A stretch of 64,000 nucleotides of DNA from Mobula hypostoma (GCF_963921235.1 NC_086108.1:90708001-90772000), one strand, 5' to 3'. Numbered from the stretch's first letter, positions 12,508-24,548 are shown. The notes: generated from the sequence alone by a model not told the origin. Translations and numbers: made by a program.

Positions 12508-13072
12508 AAACGCAAAAAAATCTGCAGATGCTGTAAGTCCAAAACAACATACACAAAATGCTGAAGGAACTCAGCAGGCGAGGTAGCATTCATGGAAATG
12601 AACAAGCAGTCGACGTTTCGGGCCAAGACCCTTCTTCAGAACTGAAATGGGGGACCATAAGACAGAGGTGCAGAATTAGTCTGCTCCTTCTTTCAATCAT
12701 GGCTGACCCTTTTAGTTAAGGGGAAGATGCCAGAATAAAAAAAGGTTTGGAGGTGGGAAGGAGGCTAGCTAGAAGGTGATAGGAGAAGCCAAGTGGGTGG
12801 GAAAGGTAAAGGGCTAGAGAAAAAAGGATATGATAGGAGAGGAGAGTGGACTCTAGGAGAAAGGGAAGGAGGAGGGGGTCCGGGAGGAAGTATTAGGCAG
12901 GAAAGAAGAGGTAAAAAGCCAGAATGGGGAATAAAAGAAGGACGGGGTGGATTGTTTTTTTACTGGATGGAGAAATTGATATTCATTGCTATCAGATTGA
13001 AGAGAAAGCAGACGGAATATAACCTCCTTAGTGTGGCCTCATCTTGGCACAAGGGGAGGCCGTGGGCCAACA
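12508..13072 (-). mobile_element. Penelope-like element terminal repeat (pLTR) with intact hammerhead
   Basis: Same sequence block as 43793-44290, with a small CR1-tail insertion at ~12653-12712. Confidence 0.8.
12608..12643 (-). ncRNA. Minimal type I hammerhead ribozyme motif (PLE-associated), intact
   Basis: Minus strand reads AGUU-CUGAAGA-A-GGGU(CUUG)GCCC-GAAA-CG-UC^GACU: full catalytic core, stems I and II, palindromic ACGU stem III. Confidence 0.75.
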
Positions 13073-13460
13073 TTAAACCCATTAAGCATGTCTTTGACAT
13101 GGGGAACAAATATTGGATAACCAGAAAACTATTGGATTAAATCAACCATATAATCTTCAATTCATTTTCAGATTAAATGCTTTGAGCCTTGAAGATAGCA
13201 ATCTCTGAACATGCTTCAATATGAAAAAAAATTATATTAAACCTTTGCATTTGAGATTTTAAACATTATTATTCAAACAGAGGTGTTTTAAATAAGGATA
13301 GACCATATGGGTTTCCTCCAAGTGCTTCAGTTTCCTCCCACATCCCAAACTGCATTGGTTGGTAGATGAACTGATCCAAGTGTGTAGTCGAACGGTAGAA
13401 TCTGGGGGGAGTTAAGGAGAAAAGGGGAACGTGTAAAATGGGAGTAATAAAGGATTATTA

Positions 13461-14469
13461 CACTGGACAACAAATATTTTGCTTCCTGAATACCTTTAGG
13501 TGTATGCTATGTATTTTGGGCTACTGATCATGAAAATCACCATGAAATTTCCATATCACGCACCATTTTTTGAAATCACTTAGGTTTATTATTTCAATTC
13601 AAAATTCAAGTCAATTAAATTGTTGCCTACAATGTAAACTGGAAAGTTTCCTATCTTGTCCAGGCGTCATGCTTAGGTGGTGCGGCTGCTGCATGGCAGG
13701 ACAGATTTTAGTAATACTTATTGGGTTCAGGACTGTTAGGATGGAATTTGTTATCACCAGGCACAAAAATTTCTATGAAGGATTTTGATATTTGAGACAG
13801 ATGCTTCCCAGAATAACTGATGCCAAGATTAAGAAAAGCATTGTTGCTGGTCCACGAATCAAACAAGTTATCAATGACAGGCAATTTGAAGAATTTCTAG
13901 TGGGACTGGGGAAAATCACATGGAAGGCATTCAAGGAAGTTGTTGAAATTTTTGTCGGCATCTACAGAGCATCAAACTACACGCAGCTGGTTGTAAGCAT
14001 GCTTCAAGCATATAAAACCATGAAATGCAACATGTCACTAAAGATTCATTTTCTGCATTCCCATTTAGACTTCTTCCCTATACATCTTGGTGTTGTTAGT
14101 GATCAGCATGGTGAAAGGTTTCACCAGGACATTGCAGTCATGGAGAAAAGCCTACCAGGGCAATTGGAATCCATCAATGCTGGCGAATTATTGTTGGACG
14201 CTTAAGCGAGAAGCCTCAGACACTGAGTACAAATGAAAATCATTAACAAAATATTTTTAACTTGGTTGAACTATTGCAAAGCATCAGCACCATTATGCAA
14301 TTAAACATATTATATTCAGTAAAAGTTAATTTGTTGTTTCTCCAAATTCCTACGTGATACAAGTAGTCTGAAATTATATTTGTATTCATCTTCAAGCAGC
14401 CAAAAAAAAGTCAATAAACAAGAAAAAATCTGAGGAAGCAACACTTTTGAAAAAATTTGTTGTCCAGTG
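13461..14469 (+). mobile_element. Chapaev3-like (CMC superfamily) DNA transposon, internally deleted
   Basis: TTA|CACTGGACAACAAAT...ATTTGTTGTCCAGTG|TTA (perfect 15-bp TIR, 3-bp TSD). Transposase remnant 13792-14205 (MKCNMSLKIHFLHSHLDFFP..LGVVSDQHGERFHQDI) continues after a frameshift as YQGNWNPSMLANYCWTLKRE. Inserted in a V-SINE (~13308-14545). Confidence 0.8.
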
Positions 14470-14666
14470 TTATCAAAAGGTGCTTGATGGTCGGGGCAGA
14501 CTGAGTGGGCTGAAGGCAGTCTTTATTTTTCTATAAATCTATGACTTGTGTAAAACTAAAGTACAGATATAAAATAATAAAATTATAAAAGTGAAACATG
14601 GTTTCAATTTTAAAGCAGACATGCATGCACACTGAAACATATGATCAGTATTTGTTCTTTTGTTAG

Positions 14667-14754
14667 ATTGTCCATGGTAAAGGGCTGGGACTTGACGGAA
14701 TGACTCTGGAATCCTTAAAGGATGATGGTTATAAAGCAGTTTTCATTGGTATAG
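14667..14754 (+). CDS. DPYD: Dihydropyrimidine dehydrogenase exon (equivalent to human exon 8)
   Basis: tttgttcttttgttag|ATT GTC...GGT ATA G|gtacgt; 88 nt; IVHGKGLGLDGMTLESLKDDGYKAVFIGI(G). Confidence 0.96.
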
Positions 14755-15260
14755 GTACGTGCATGAGCTTTGCTGTTACTGTTTACCCTCGTTCACAGTA
14801 GATTTTGGTGTCCAGGTGTACAACTCTTTGTCTGGTTATAGGTTCGTTATTTTGAAATGAGAATAGACTTCTTAAAGCTTATCGTGAATGTTTGTTCAAC
14901 AAGAAAACCAAATGAAATTTAAGACTCAGGTGTTACCAACAAAATTGCTCATGTATGTCAGATAGTTTTACACAGCTAAAATTTGACTTGACGTCTAATC
15001 GTGCAGGGGCTTATGGTTTCACGACTGACATATTGTACATTGACCTTTCACCATCGTAAGCAAGCTATGCCTGTTATTGTGACATAATTTCAGCAATGAA
15101 GAAGCTAATGAGCAGACCTCCATGACTTCAAAATGATTTTTTTGAAAAGCTTTATCATGTTATCAAATAATATGATTGTTTCAATAGGGTGAAAAATCTT
15201 GAACTCAGCATGTCTTATGACAATATTAGTTCTCAAATAATGATTTTTCTGTAATTTTCT

Positions 15261-15486
15261 TTCAACACCACTGCTTGTAAGGAGTTTGTGTATTCTCCCC
15301 GTGACCACGTGGGTTTCCTGTGGGTGCTCTAGTTTTCTCTCATAGTCCAAAGATGTACCAGTTGCTAGGTCAACTGCCCATTTTAAATTATTCTGTGATT
15401 AGGCTAGGTGGATCAGGGGTTGCTAGGTGGCATTGCTTGGAGGGCTGGAAGGGTTTATTCCATGCTGTATCTCAATAAATAAATAA
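15261..15486 (+). mobile_element. V-SINE (HE1-like), 5'-truncated
   Basis: V-domain gtaaggagtttgtgtattctccccgtgaccacgtgggtttcctgtgggtgctctagttttctctcatagtccaaaga; (TAAA)n tail. Further copies at about 16225-16545, 25130-25340(-), 35480-35730, 40327-40625 and 60650-60810. Confidence 0.75.
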
Positions 15487-16699
15487 GTTTTCAGTTGTAA
15501 AATTTTTAACTCAAATTAAGCCAATTTTTGCCAAGAAATATGCACATTCACTGTTAAATATCTAAAGTTAGATGATGAAACAACAAAAAGAATAATTTGC
15601 TTCAACTTAATACTCTAGAAAGTCACAGTGTTAAAATATCGTTATGAATCTTCTTAATACTATTTTTAAAAATTCTAAAATAATTGAGTAGTTGTCATAC
15701 ACCTTCTGTAGTGTTTTGCAGTTTCAAAAGCAACAGACGTAACAGAAAAACTCAAGTCAATTTTCTTGCAGCAACCTGTGCTTCCCAGTGCAATTGTAAG
15801 CTCTTCAGCTAGTGTAGAGGCACAGATGCATGATACAATCAGCAGTCTTCTGGCTACGTGGAATCTTGAAACTCTATGCCACAGTGAAAGGCCCATCAGC
15901 CCATCTAATCCATGCCTAACTGTTAATCAGTCCATCTCCTGAGTAAATATAGATACAGAAAATCCATTTAAAGATCCACTTGAGAATGCCATTTATGACC
16001 GTAAGGCATAGGAGCAGAATTAAGCAAATCAGCCCATCAAGTCTGCTGTACCATTTCAGTTGTAAGTATCAAAGCTTAAAAATCTGAATAGTGCAGGCAG
16101 TGGAACCCCAGATGTAGTAAGAGGAACTTGGAATGACCGTCAGCCGTACCTGATCCTTGGGTCTTCAGCACTACTGAATAAGCAAATGCTTCTATAATTA
16201 AAATAGGTATTAGAGGGATGCATTAGTCAATAGTGCTGACTCATTGCTCTTGAGTACTGGGTTCAGTGCTGTCCTTGTATTCTGCTGGTGTAGAGTCTGT
16301 ACATTCAATGCATGTGGGTTTTTTCCAGGTGTTCTGGCTTCCCCAATATCCAAAATCCTACATAAGTAGACAATAAGGAGTTGTAAATTGTCCAGAATGC
16401 AGGTAAATGGCAAAGGAGCTAAGGAGGAATGGATGGGCATGTGTGTAAAAAAAAGATAGATGCAAGAGAGATGGGGAGTGGGAGTGGTGGGATTGTTTCA
16501 GTGGGAGTCAGATCCAGTCAGCTGAATAGCCTCTTTAAATCCCATAACAAGTCTTCCACACAACCAAGACTTACCAGGATTTTGCAGGTGCTGATTTCTC
16601 CTGAAACTTTCAGGACCTCAATTTCTCCACAATTTATTGACGATATTATAACAGAAACTTCTAAAAGCTTTGGCATTTATTCAAGAATATTTTAAAACA

Positions 16700-17100
16700 T
16701 CACTGTGCCGTCCTACCATTACACTGCTGGTGTTTAGAGCAGCAATGAAGGTCCTCCATCTCTAGCAGTGTTCAGGGCTTCCTTCATCATGTCTGTAGCT
16801 AAGTTTTCACTACTGTTGGTCATGCAAGTCCCAGGTGGAGGCTCAAGAGTACTGTTGCACTCAGATGTAGAAGGTTTCTTCATTGCTGTTTCCATAACAG
16901 TTTTGTTTTGCCAGTCAGGGTTGTTAACCCTGAGCTAAACCCCTGAACCTGGAGGACCGGTGGACCACTGTTAGTCTTGCCTCTACCCTTTGACCTGTTT
17001 GGCATGGGCGACTTTACCAAGAGCCAAAGCATGAAGCCCTGATTCCAGTGAACATAGCTCTCCAGGTCATTGAGGCATGCAAGCCTCCAAACCCTACAAT
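16700..17100 (-). mobile_element. RTE-derived bipartite non-autonomous element (RTE 5'-UTR-like part joined to an RTE 3' end)
   Basis: The 3' end (gatggaggaccttcattgctgctctaaacacc) matches the RTE fragment at 20036-20420. The 5' part (caatgacctggagagctatgtt...gcccatgccaaacaggtcaaagggtagaggcaagactaa) resembles the Rex3/Expander RTE 5' UTR from memory. Confidence 0.55.
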
Positions 17101-17975
17101 TAGGTTGTCGTCTGCTTGGAGGAAAAGCATCAGTGTGAGACAATTTAATTGAGCAAAATAACAAATTTTGAAAAAATAAGATTACGAACCAGTCAAAACC
17201 CATCAGAATGAACTTCTGCAAACCATTTCAATGTTTTGAAGATATTACATCTAACATCTCTTTCAAATTTAAAGCCAGTCATTGTTGAAATAGTAAAAAT
17301 ATTTTTTAATTTATTGCATGCCAAGGCACATGGTGAAAAATATGAATTACTCCAACAATTGATATAGTTTAGTGTACTGTGCAGTAGCTGTTTGTAATAT
17401 TGCAGGAATTAATTAAGCATTATGCAGTTCAAGAAAACGGATACTTGATTCGTAATGAAAACTAGTCACTCTTTAATTCTGCACAAGTGGTTGGGTCAGA
17501 AAGCATCTACTAAATAAAAGTTTAGAATCAAAATGAAGTGTCTGTCTTCTGAGCAGAAGAAATGTTATGGCATTGATGCATTACTTGATTAATGAGTAGT
17601 AGCCTCAATGCTGCAGGAGGGATTTGTAAGAAATGATTTATTATTCCATAGGTATTGCTTCTTTCCTCTAAATTAGAGATTTAAGCACCTTTGTTTGAAT
17701 TAACTAAATGAAATGGAACATGTGACAAATGGGATCACAAATCTGCTGAAAGGTTTGTCAGGCACAGATAATGTATGCAGTTTAAAAAAAAATGCAGCCA
17801 GTGCATCTTCCCATGGCGTTTTATTAAAATCAACATGGCTGAATTATTGGCATCTATCGTGCAAAGCAGAAAAATAATATTCAGTGACAATGTCGATAAC
17901 AAGTGTTTGGAACAAACAAAAAATCTGCAGAGGAGCAGAGCTACATATTGTGTATTGTTTTATCAGCATCTAAGC

Positions 17976-18054
17976 CAGTGGTTCCCAACATGTTTTATGC
18001 CATGGATCAATACCATTAGCAAGGGTTCTGTGGACCCCAAGTTAGGTACCCCTG
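17976..18054. mobile_element. 79-bp hAT-type MITE, copy 2
   Basis: CAGTGGTTCCCAAC...GTTAGGTACCCCTG; TSD atctaagc/atctaggc. Confidence 0.8.
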
Positions 18055-19765
18055 ATCTAGGCTTAGGCACTATTGATGCCATATATCAGGAGTGAATCAG
18101 AGCTAAACAAAAAGGAGAAGGAATAGCCCACGTAGCCCTTCTCACCAGCCCTGCCATTCTACAAGATCAATGCTATTTGTCTTCTTCCACTCTATATTCC
18201 TGCCCTATTACAGTTAATCTCCTGGAGCTTGTACTTTTTTTTTTGCATCTCTGGAGCGTACTGTGTAAGTAATATATGTTTGTTTTGACTCCAAATGCTA
18301 GAAATCTGGATTAACATCATTTTGCATCATTTACCATCAAGTCAGTGTTATGGGCTGAGACCCACCATTAGTTCTGATGGCGTCTTGGTCCGAAATGGTG
18401 ACTATTTCTTTCTCTTCGTAGACGCAACCAGAGTTCCTCCAGCTTTTTGTGTGTATTGCAAAGTTAATTTCTTGCAATTCAAGGAACAAAGAAAAGGACT
18501 TCAATTTGTATATCACTTTGCATAGTTTGACAATTAATTAGGTGTGTTAAATCAGTGATTTGGGCCAATAAGGTAGAACTCACACAGCAATGTTCAATTC
18601 CACATTATTGAACTTGAAATGAGTCAACACACAATGAGGCCTTCCTTTCTCTTATTCCTCAGTGCAGAGCTAGCAAAGAAGATTGTGTGGGCTGTAAAGA
18701 GGCCTGAAGTATACATTGAGATAGGACCTTGGGGATTACTGTGCCAAAGGTGGGAGTCAGAATTGTAAAGTAACTGACTGGGAAGTGGTGGAAAATGTTT
18801 GCTGGGGAGATCATGGGACACAACATAAGAACCCCAGCAAGGAAGAAGGCAACATGCGTAAGGGGTGTGAAGAAACCTCAACGGGAATGTACTCAAGGGA
18901 GATTCCATGCACCAGGATCCATAGATTTCATCTGGGTGGTCTTCTTTAAGTTGCTTAGGATCTGGGTTGCCTGCTGTTTAAAGAGCTGCTGCTGCATGAA
19001 TGAATCACACCGACTATGGCCCACACAGACACGCAAATTAATTTCAAGCAAGTGCTGTCAAAACGTGTATTGAATGCCTCTTGATGCCACTGCACATATC
19101 CAGAAACACCTGTTAGTAACCGCATCACACACACAGAAGATGCATTTGCTGTTTTATGAGAAGCGATTATGTTTTTTGATTAAATTCCTTTGCATAGCAG
19201 CAAAGAAAGCTGTGGTAAATGAAAGAAATCTTGACCTTTTGATTTTTATGTTGTAATTGGATGTAGCAATAAAATATATTTTTAAAAAATAAAGAGGAAT
19301 TCCTTCTTGACATGAGTTGAATATTGTACACCCAGTACAAAAAGTTAACATCAAAGCACCACAGTTAGAAGTTCTGTTCATTTTATAAAAATAAAACCAG
19401 GAATTGTAATTTCATTAATGCCTTCATCTTTCTTTATTCATGAGACTGCAGTGAAAAAAAGAATTGTTAAATTGGAAGTTGTATAATCTGCATCTGCCTG
19501 TCTAGCTGCTAAATTAACAATCCTCTTGTTCGGTAAATAGAAGAGTCTACTTGGCTGTAGCAATGAGATATTTTCAAATTTGCAACAAGGAGATCAAATA
19601 GGCAGTAATACCATCACATGTTTGAAATCAAACAATGTTACTTTCCAATTGGAATATCATAAGACTTCAAATGATTAAGTACTTTTCCCAAATTCATCAA
19701 TTAGAGCTCATATGAAAGAATATTTGTGTTAGTTAATAGAATATTATAATAATTAGTTTTATTAC

Positions 19766-19994
19766 TGTGGTAAACCATGTATATATGTTGTAACTCGGTT
19801 ACCTGTCTGGACACACCCCTCTGCTGACTGCCCCTGTGGCTCCTCCCACAGAGTCCTGTATAAAGGTGTTCGCCTTGCCCCTCCCCCTCAGTCCAGGGGC
19901 AGACACTCACTGTGGAGGTCGTATTGTACAGCGAATAAAAGCCTTTCAGTATTTTACCAAACCTTAGTCTTTTGGAGTAATTGAAGGTGCTTCA
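19766..19994 (+). mobile_element. Solo LTR (Gypsy/LTR-retrotransposon type)
   Basis: TG...CA ends, perfect 5-bp TSD ATTAC (19761-65 / 19995-99), internal TATAAA (19859) and AATAAA (19934). Confidence 0.8.
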
Positions 19995-20035
19995 ATTACC
20001 AACTTCCTTCCAAATCGTTAATTAGTTACTGCCTG

Positions 20036-20420
20036 TTACAATGTTTAGGGCAGCAATGAAGGTCTTCCATCTCTGTCTGTCCATGACCATCTTCTCTATT
20101 GTGCCCCAGGGTCCTCATTTTGCCCTCTGTGGTACAGCATCAAGTTGTCTTTGGTCTCTCACATTTCCCTCCGCCACCAGGGGTCCAGTGAAGTGCCGTC
20201 TTGACGATGAAGTTGCTTCATCTTCTTGTCATGTGCCCAATCCATCTCCAACGTTTCCTCATAATGATTGTGGCCTTGTCCTCTTGCTGACACTGAAGGA
20301 GTAGGGCGTGGTTGGAGATCCTTCTTGGCCAGAAAACGTGGAGGATCTTCTGGAGGCTCATGGTGTGGAATGACGACAGCTTGGCAAGGTTATTCTCTGG
20401 CAAGCACAAGCATTCTGAAC
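20036..20420 (-). mobile_element. RTE-clade LINE 3' fragment
   Basis: ORF 20218-20409(-): FHTMSLQKILHVFWPRRISNHALL..IIMRKRWRWIGHMTRR, a typical RTE C-terminus. Confidence 0.8.
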
Positions 20421-23177
20421 CAAAGAAGAGAGTGGACAGAACGCAAAATATATATATATATATCCTCCCAAATAATTATGAAGATATTGCAGGAAAACAA
20501 ACGTTTTAAATTTAGACTCCAGCAGGTGAATTTATCATTTCACCACTGCCAGCAATGTGTTCTTTTTTAAATGTAACAGCTATTAGAAATCTGTAGAATT
20601 GATATTCTTCACTCCATGCCCTAATGCACAAATGTCTCAATGTGCAGGCTCACAAATTTGCATGTATTTACATAGATACAAATAATAGTACGCCAGTTGC
20701 ATAGCAACAGATGATGATGCTTTTTTGGTACATGATGTACAATGCTATGAAATGATTGCACGGAGCTTCAGATTTGATTTTTCTTTTGGGGTATTCTGTT
20801 TTATTTTGAATAAACTTATAAAACAGTGTTTTGTATAGTTTCCTGATCAGAAGCAATGCCCTTCTTCCCTTTGCAAGTCAGAATTCCTTGTTAGACATTG
20901 ACAGTAAGGTTGCTCAGTGTTTTGATTTAAGCTTTAATTCGACTGGCAGTTTCATCCCTTTGATATGGGAAGATATTAAATGGAACCCAGGTGGCTTTTT
21001 ATAGCACAAGTATCATTTGGACAGAGAATACACTTCTTGATGTAAATTTTGCCTAAAGCTGTACTTTTGTTAATATTGTTTATGTATAATAAGACTACTT
21101 AAAAGCTTTTTCTATTAAAATGAGAGACCATTGACCGGCATTAATTTCAATATTAGAAATGTTTAACTGTGGCATAATTGTATTCGCGCTTTGCACAAAG
21201 TTAGCTTGCGTTGAAATAATGAAACATTGTTGGGGATTGCAGAATAAATGCACAGACACCAAAAGTGAATTTTAGGAGGTGAAGGAGTGGAGAGAAGTTT
21301 CAGTTTGTATGTGAGAGTATGTGTGCAACGGTGTGTGGTGGGAGGGGAGGTTGCTGACAGGGTGTTGTTGGGAGGGTATTTATTGGTAGATGCTGTTAGT
21401 AAGTGTTGAAAGAAGAAGAACAAAGCACACGTACATCTAATTGGATAGAGGCAGATGAAAAGGGCATGGAAAATGTAAACTGGGACTAATATTAAAGCAG
21501 AGGCCTCTAGTTAGATCCTACCAGCACTATGTGCAATGGGATTGAAATAAGGCCATGGAGTTCTGGATGAGTGTCTTGCTTGCGTTGTTTTTTTTTTGCA
21601 TTTTATTATTGAATTATTAACCAGCTTTAACCATCCTCACTATAATTAATATCAAACATAAAGTAGAAAATTAATTGCCAGTATTAAAAAAACCTCTAAA
21701 TGCAAATGCAGTCATTAACTGGCTTACTCAAGCATCAATCGTGGCTCTGCCATATTCACGATTGCCTTTGAGTCAGATGATTCAAGTCCCACAACTAAAC
21801 CAATGTGAATCCAACTTCAGATGGAGAGGCATTTCATATGCCTGAGGCGTGCATGTGTGCACATTCAGAGTGCAGGTTGACTTGTCCACTGAAGCATATA
21901 AGAGAAAGGATCTTACATTAGCAGCTGCAGATCACAGGTTCTCCACCACTCTTACTTTGTAATGCAGCTGTGCTTTAACACAAGAATGGTCCATGATGAC
22001 ATCCTGGAAAATGAGGCCTGTTCCCCATATCTCAGGAGGCATCTTTCAATGAATGTGGAATATGATGATGAAATGCCTTCAGTGCTCTGGTGTTAGTCTG
22101 AGGGGAAAAAGAAGTGTTTCACCACAATCTCAAACCCTGCATGATAAACTGAGCAGTAGTAATTCCCCACCTTTTGGTTCGCTTCTTCAAGTCACAATTG
22201 AACTTAGTAATTATATTTAAACTTCAAGTGTATTGCAGAGCACATTAAAAAAAAATCTATTGTCCCAGACATTAGGATTTGTAGCCAATTATCTTGTCAT
22301 TATCGTGTTGTGGTTTAAGGAATCTTGTACACAAATGCATTTTCTACATTTCAACAATAAAGCTGCCTCATTAGTAATTCAGCAGCTGAAGTCATGAAAT
22401 ATATTCAGTTAGATAGTGACTTTCTAACTTTTGTTTATAACCATGGTCCCACTAATTTTGTTAAACAAGTTAACAGGAAGGCAACCTGGTAAATGTTGCA
22501 CAATATATTTATAGTGGATTTCACATAGGTGAAAATAGCACCTATTATTTCTAGTAGTTCACCTTTCCTGCTAAATATATTTTTAAATTTTGTAAAGGCA
22601 GATGTAAATATTGTTACTTCCGAATTTACTTAAGTATTTGAAGTTGACCAGCACATTGTTCTATGATTACTAATTTGTGTTTATTTTTAGTGCTGGAATC
22701 TGCTGGCAGATCTCTGAAATGGCCAGGTTATACATTTTCCTCTCTTAGTAGATCATAGTAGATGTTGTGGCAACTGGGCCTATTTTTCTTAAGCTGTAAG
22801 CAGAGGGAAATGTACTACATTGTAATTAATCTCAAGGCATGACAATATTTTTGGTATTTGTATATTAGAATATAAATAGCATATTTATTGATTCTTTGCC
22901 AGCCCTAAAAGCAAACCATATAACATGGGGCTGAAGTTGTACCTTTGCTTCTCTGAAGGAGATTTGGAGTTTTACATGGTCAAAGTCTGATAGCCAGCTA
23001 ATTAACATTTAATGAGACAACTTACAACTTGTTGTGATGGAATTTGTTCAACCAACTTTCAGTTTGTGAAGAACTTAATATCTAATGCAACAATTTAACA
23101 TAACTCACTTTTTCTGTTAGTATTAGAAGTAGCCATTTCTATTGTAAAGTTATCCATCTGCAATATTAATTAAGTGG

Positions 23178-24156
23178 CTCTCTTTTTCTCTTTCTCTCTC
23201 TCTTTCTCACTCCCTCTCTCTCCCCTCCCTTCCCGCTCATGTTCCCTCTCCCTCTGCCTCCCTCTCCCCCTCTCCCTCTCCCCTCTCTCTCTCCCTCATT
23301 CCTCTCCTTCATTCCTCTCTCTTTCCCTCCCTTCCACCCTCTCTCCCTTTCCCTGCCTCTCCCTCCTCTTCCACTCTCCCTCCATCTTCCATTCCCCTTC
23401 TCCTGCTCCCCTTCTCCCTCTCTCTCTCTCTCTCTCTCACCTCCCTCCCTCTTTCCCTCCCTTTCCGTCCTCCCTCTCCCGCTCTGCATCTCCCTCTTTC
23501 TTCCTCCCTCTCGCCCTGTCCCTCCATCTCCCCTTCCCCTTCTCCATCTCCCCTTCCCCTTCTCCATCTCCCCTTCCCCTTCTCCATCTCCCCTTCCCCT
23601 TCTCCCCCTCCCCTTCTCCTTCTCCCTCTCCCCTTCTCCCTCTCCCCTTCTCCCTCTCCCCTTCTCCCTCTCCCCTTCTCCCTCTCCCCTTCTCCTTCTA
23701 CCTCTCCCCTTCTCCTTCTCCCCCTCCCCTTCTCCCTCTCCCCTTCTCCCTCTCCCCTTCTCCCTCTTCCCTCTCCCCTTCTCCTTCTCCCTCTCCCCTT
23801 CCCCCTCTCCCCTTCCCCCTCTCCCCTTCCCCCTCTCCCCTTCCCCCTCTCCCCTTCTCCTTCTCCCCTTCCCTTCTCCCCCTCCCCTTCTCCCCCTCCC
23901 CTTCTCCCCCTCCCTTCTCCCCTCCTCCTCCTCCCCCTTGCTCCCTCTCCCTCACATCCTCTCTCTTTCCCTGCTTCTCCCTCTCTCTCCCTGCTTCTCC
24001 CTCTCTCTCCCCTTCTTCCTCCTCTATCCTTCTCCCCCTTCCTCCATCTCCCCTTCCCATTCTCCCCCTTGCTCCCCTTCCCTCATCTCCTCTCTCTTTT
24101 CCTCCCTCCCTCTCCCTCTTTCTTCCTCTCTCCCTCTGTCCCTCTCTCCCTATCCT
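23178..24156. repeat. ~1-kb CT-rich polypyrimidine/polypurine low-complexity tract
   Basis: Almost exclusively C/T on the + strand, with (CT)n and tandem CCCCTT/CCCTCT/CTCCAT units. Confidence 0.95.
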
Positions 24157-24414
24157 CAGTGACCTTTTGTGTCTAATCTGGTAGTCAGATTGCTTAATAA
24201 CCAATGCCATTTCGGCATTTCTGGAATTTGCTGTTTTTATTCTAGGATGTGAATCTAATCGTATGTTATTGGGTGCCAAGCTGGAGGAGTTATTTTCTGA
24301 ATGAGGGTCAAGTAGGTATGACATCAGCTCTCTGGAGTTTGAAAGAATAATGTTGGAATCATAGGAGAGATACAACAGGGAACAAGCCCTTCAGCCCATT
24401 GAGTCTGTGCTGAA

Positions 24415-24548
24415 CACAAGAGGTTCTGCAGGTGCTGCAAAATCAGAGCAACACACACACAATTCTGGAGGAACCCAGCACGTCAGATGGCATCTATGGA
24501 AATGAATAAACAGTCGACGTTTCGGGCTGAGACCTATTATTCGGACCC
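24415..24548 (-). mobile_element. PLE terminal repeat fragment, hammerhead core decayed
   Basis: cagtcgacgtttcgggctgagacctattattcgg plus the flanking pLTR block. Confidence 0.7.

Noticed and set aside
14470..14666. Transposons ending about 200 bp upstream of several exons
   Set aside because: Consistent with ordinary purifying selection near splice acceptors; too few cases to call a pattern.
23166..24375. Long Pro/Ser/Leu-rich and Gly/Glu/Arg-rich ORFs (up to 336 aa)
   Set aside because: By-products of the stop-free C/T low-complexity tract; no splice or domain support.
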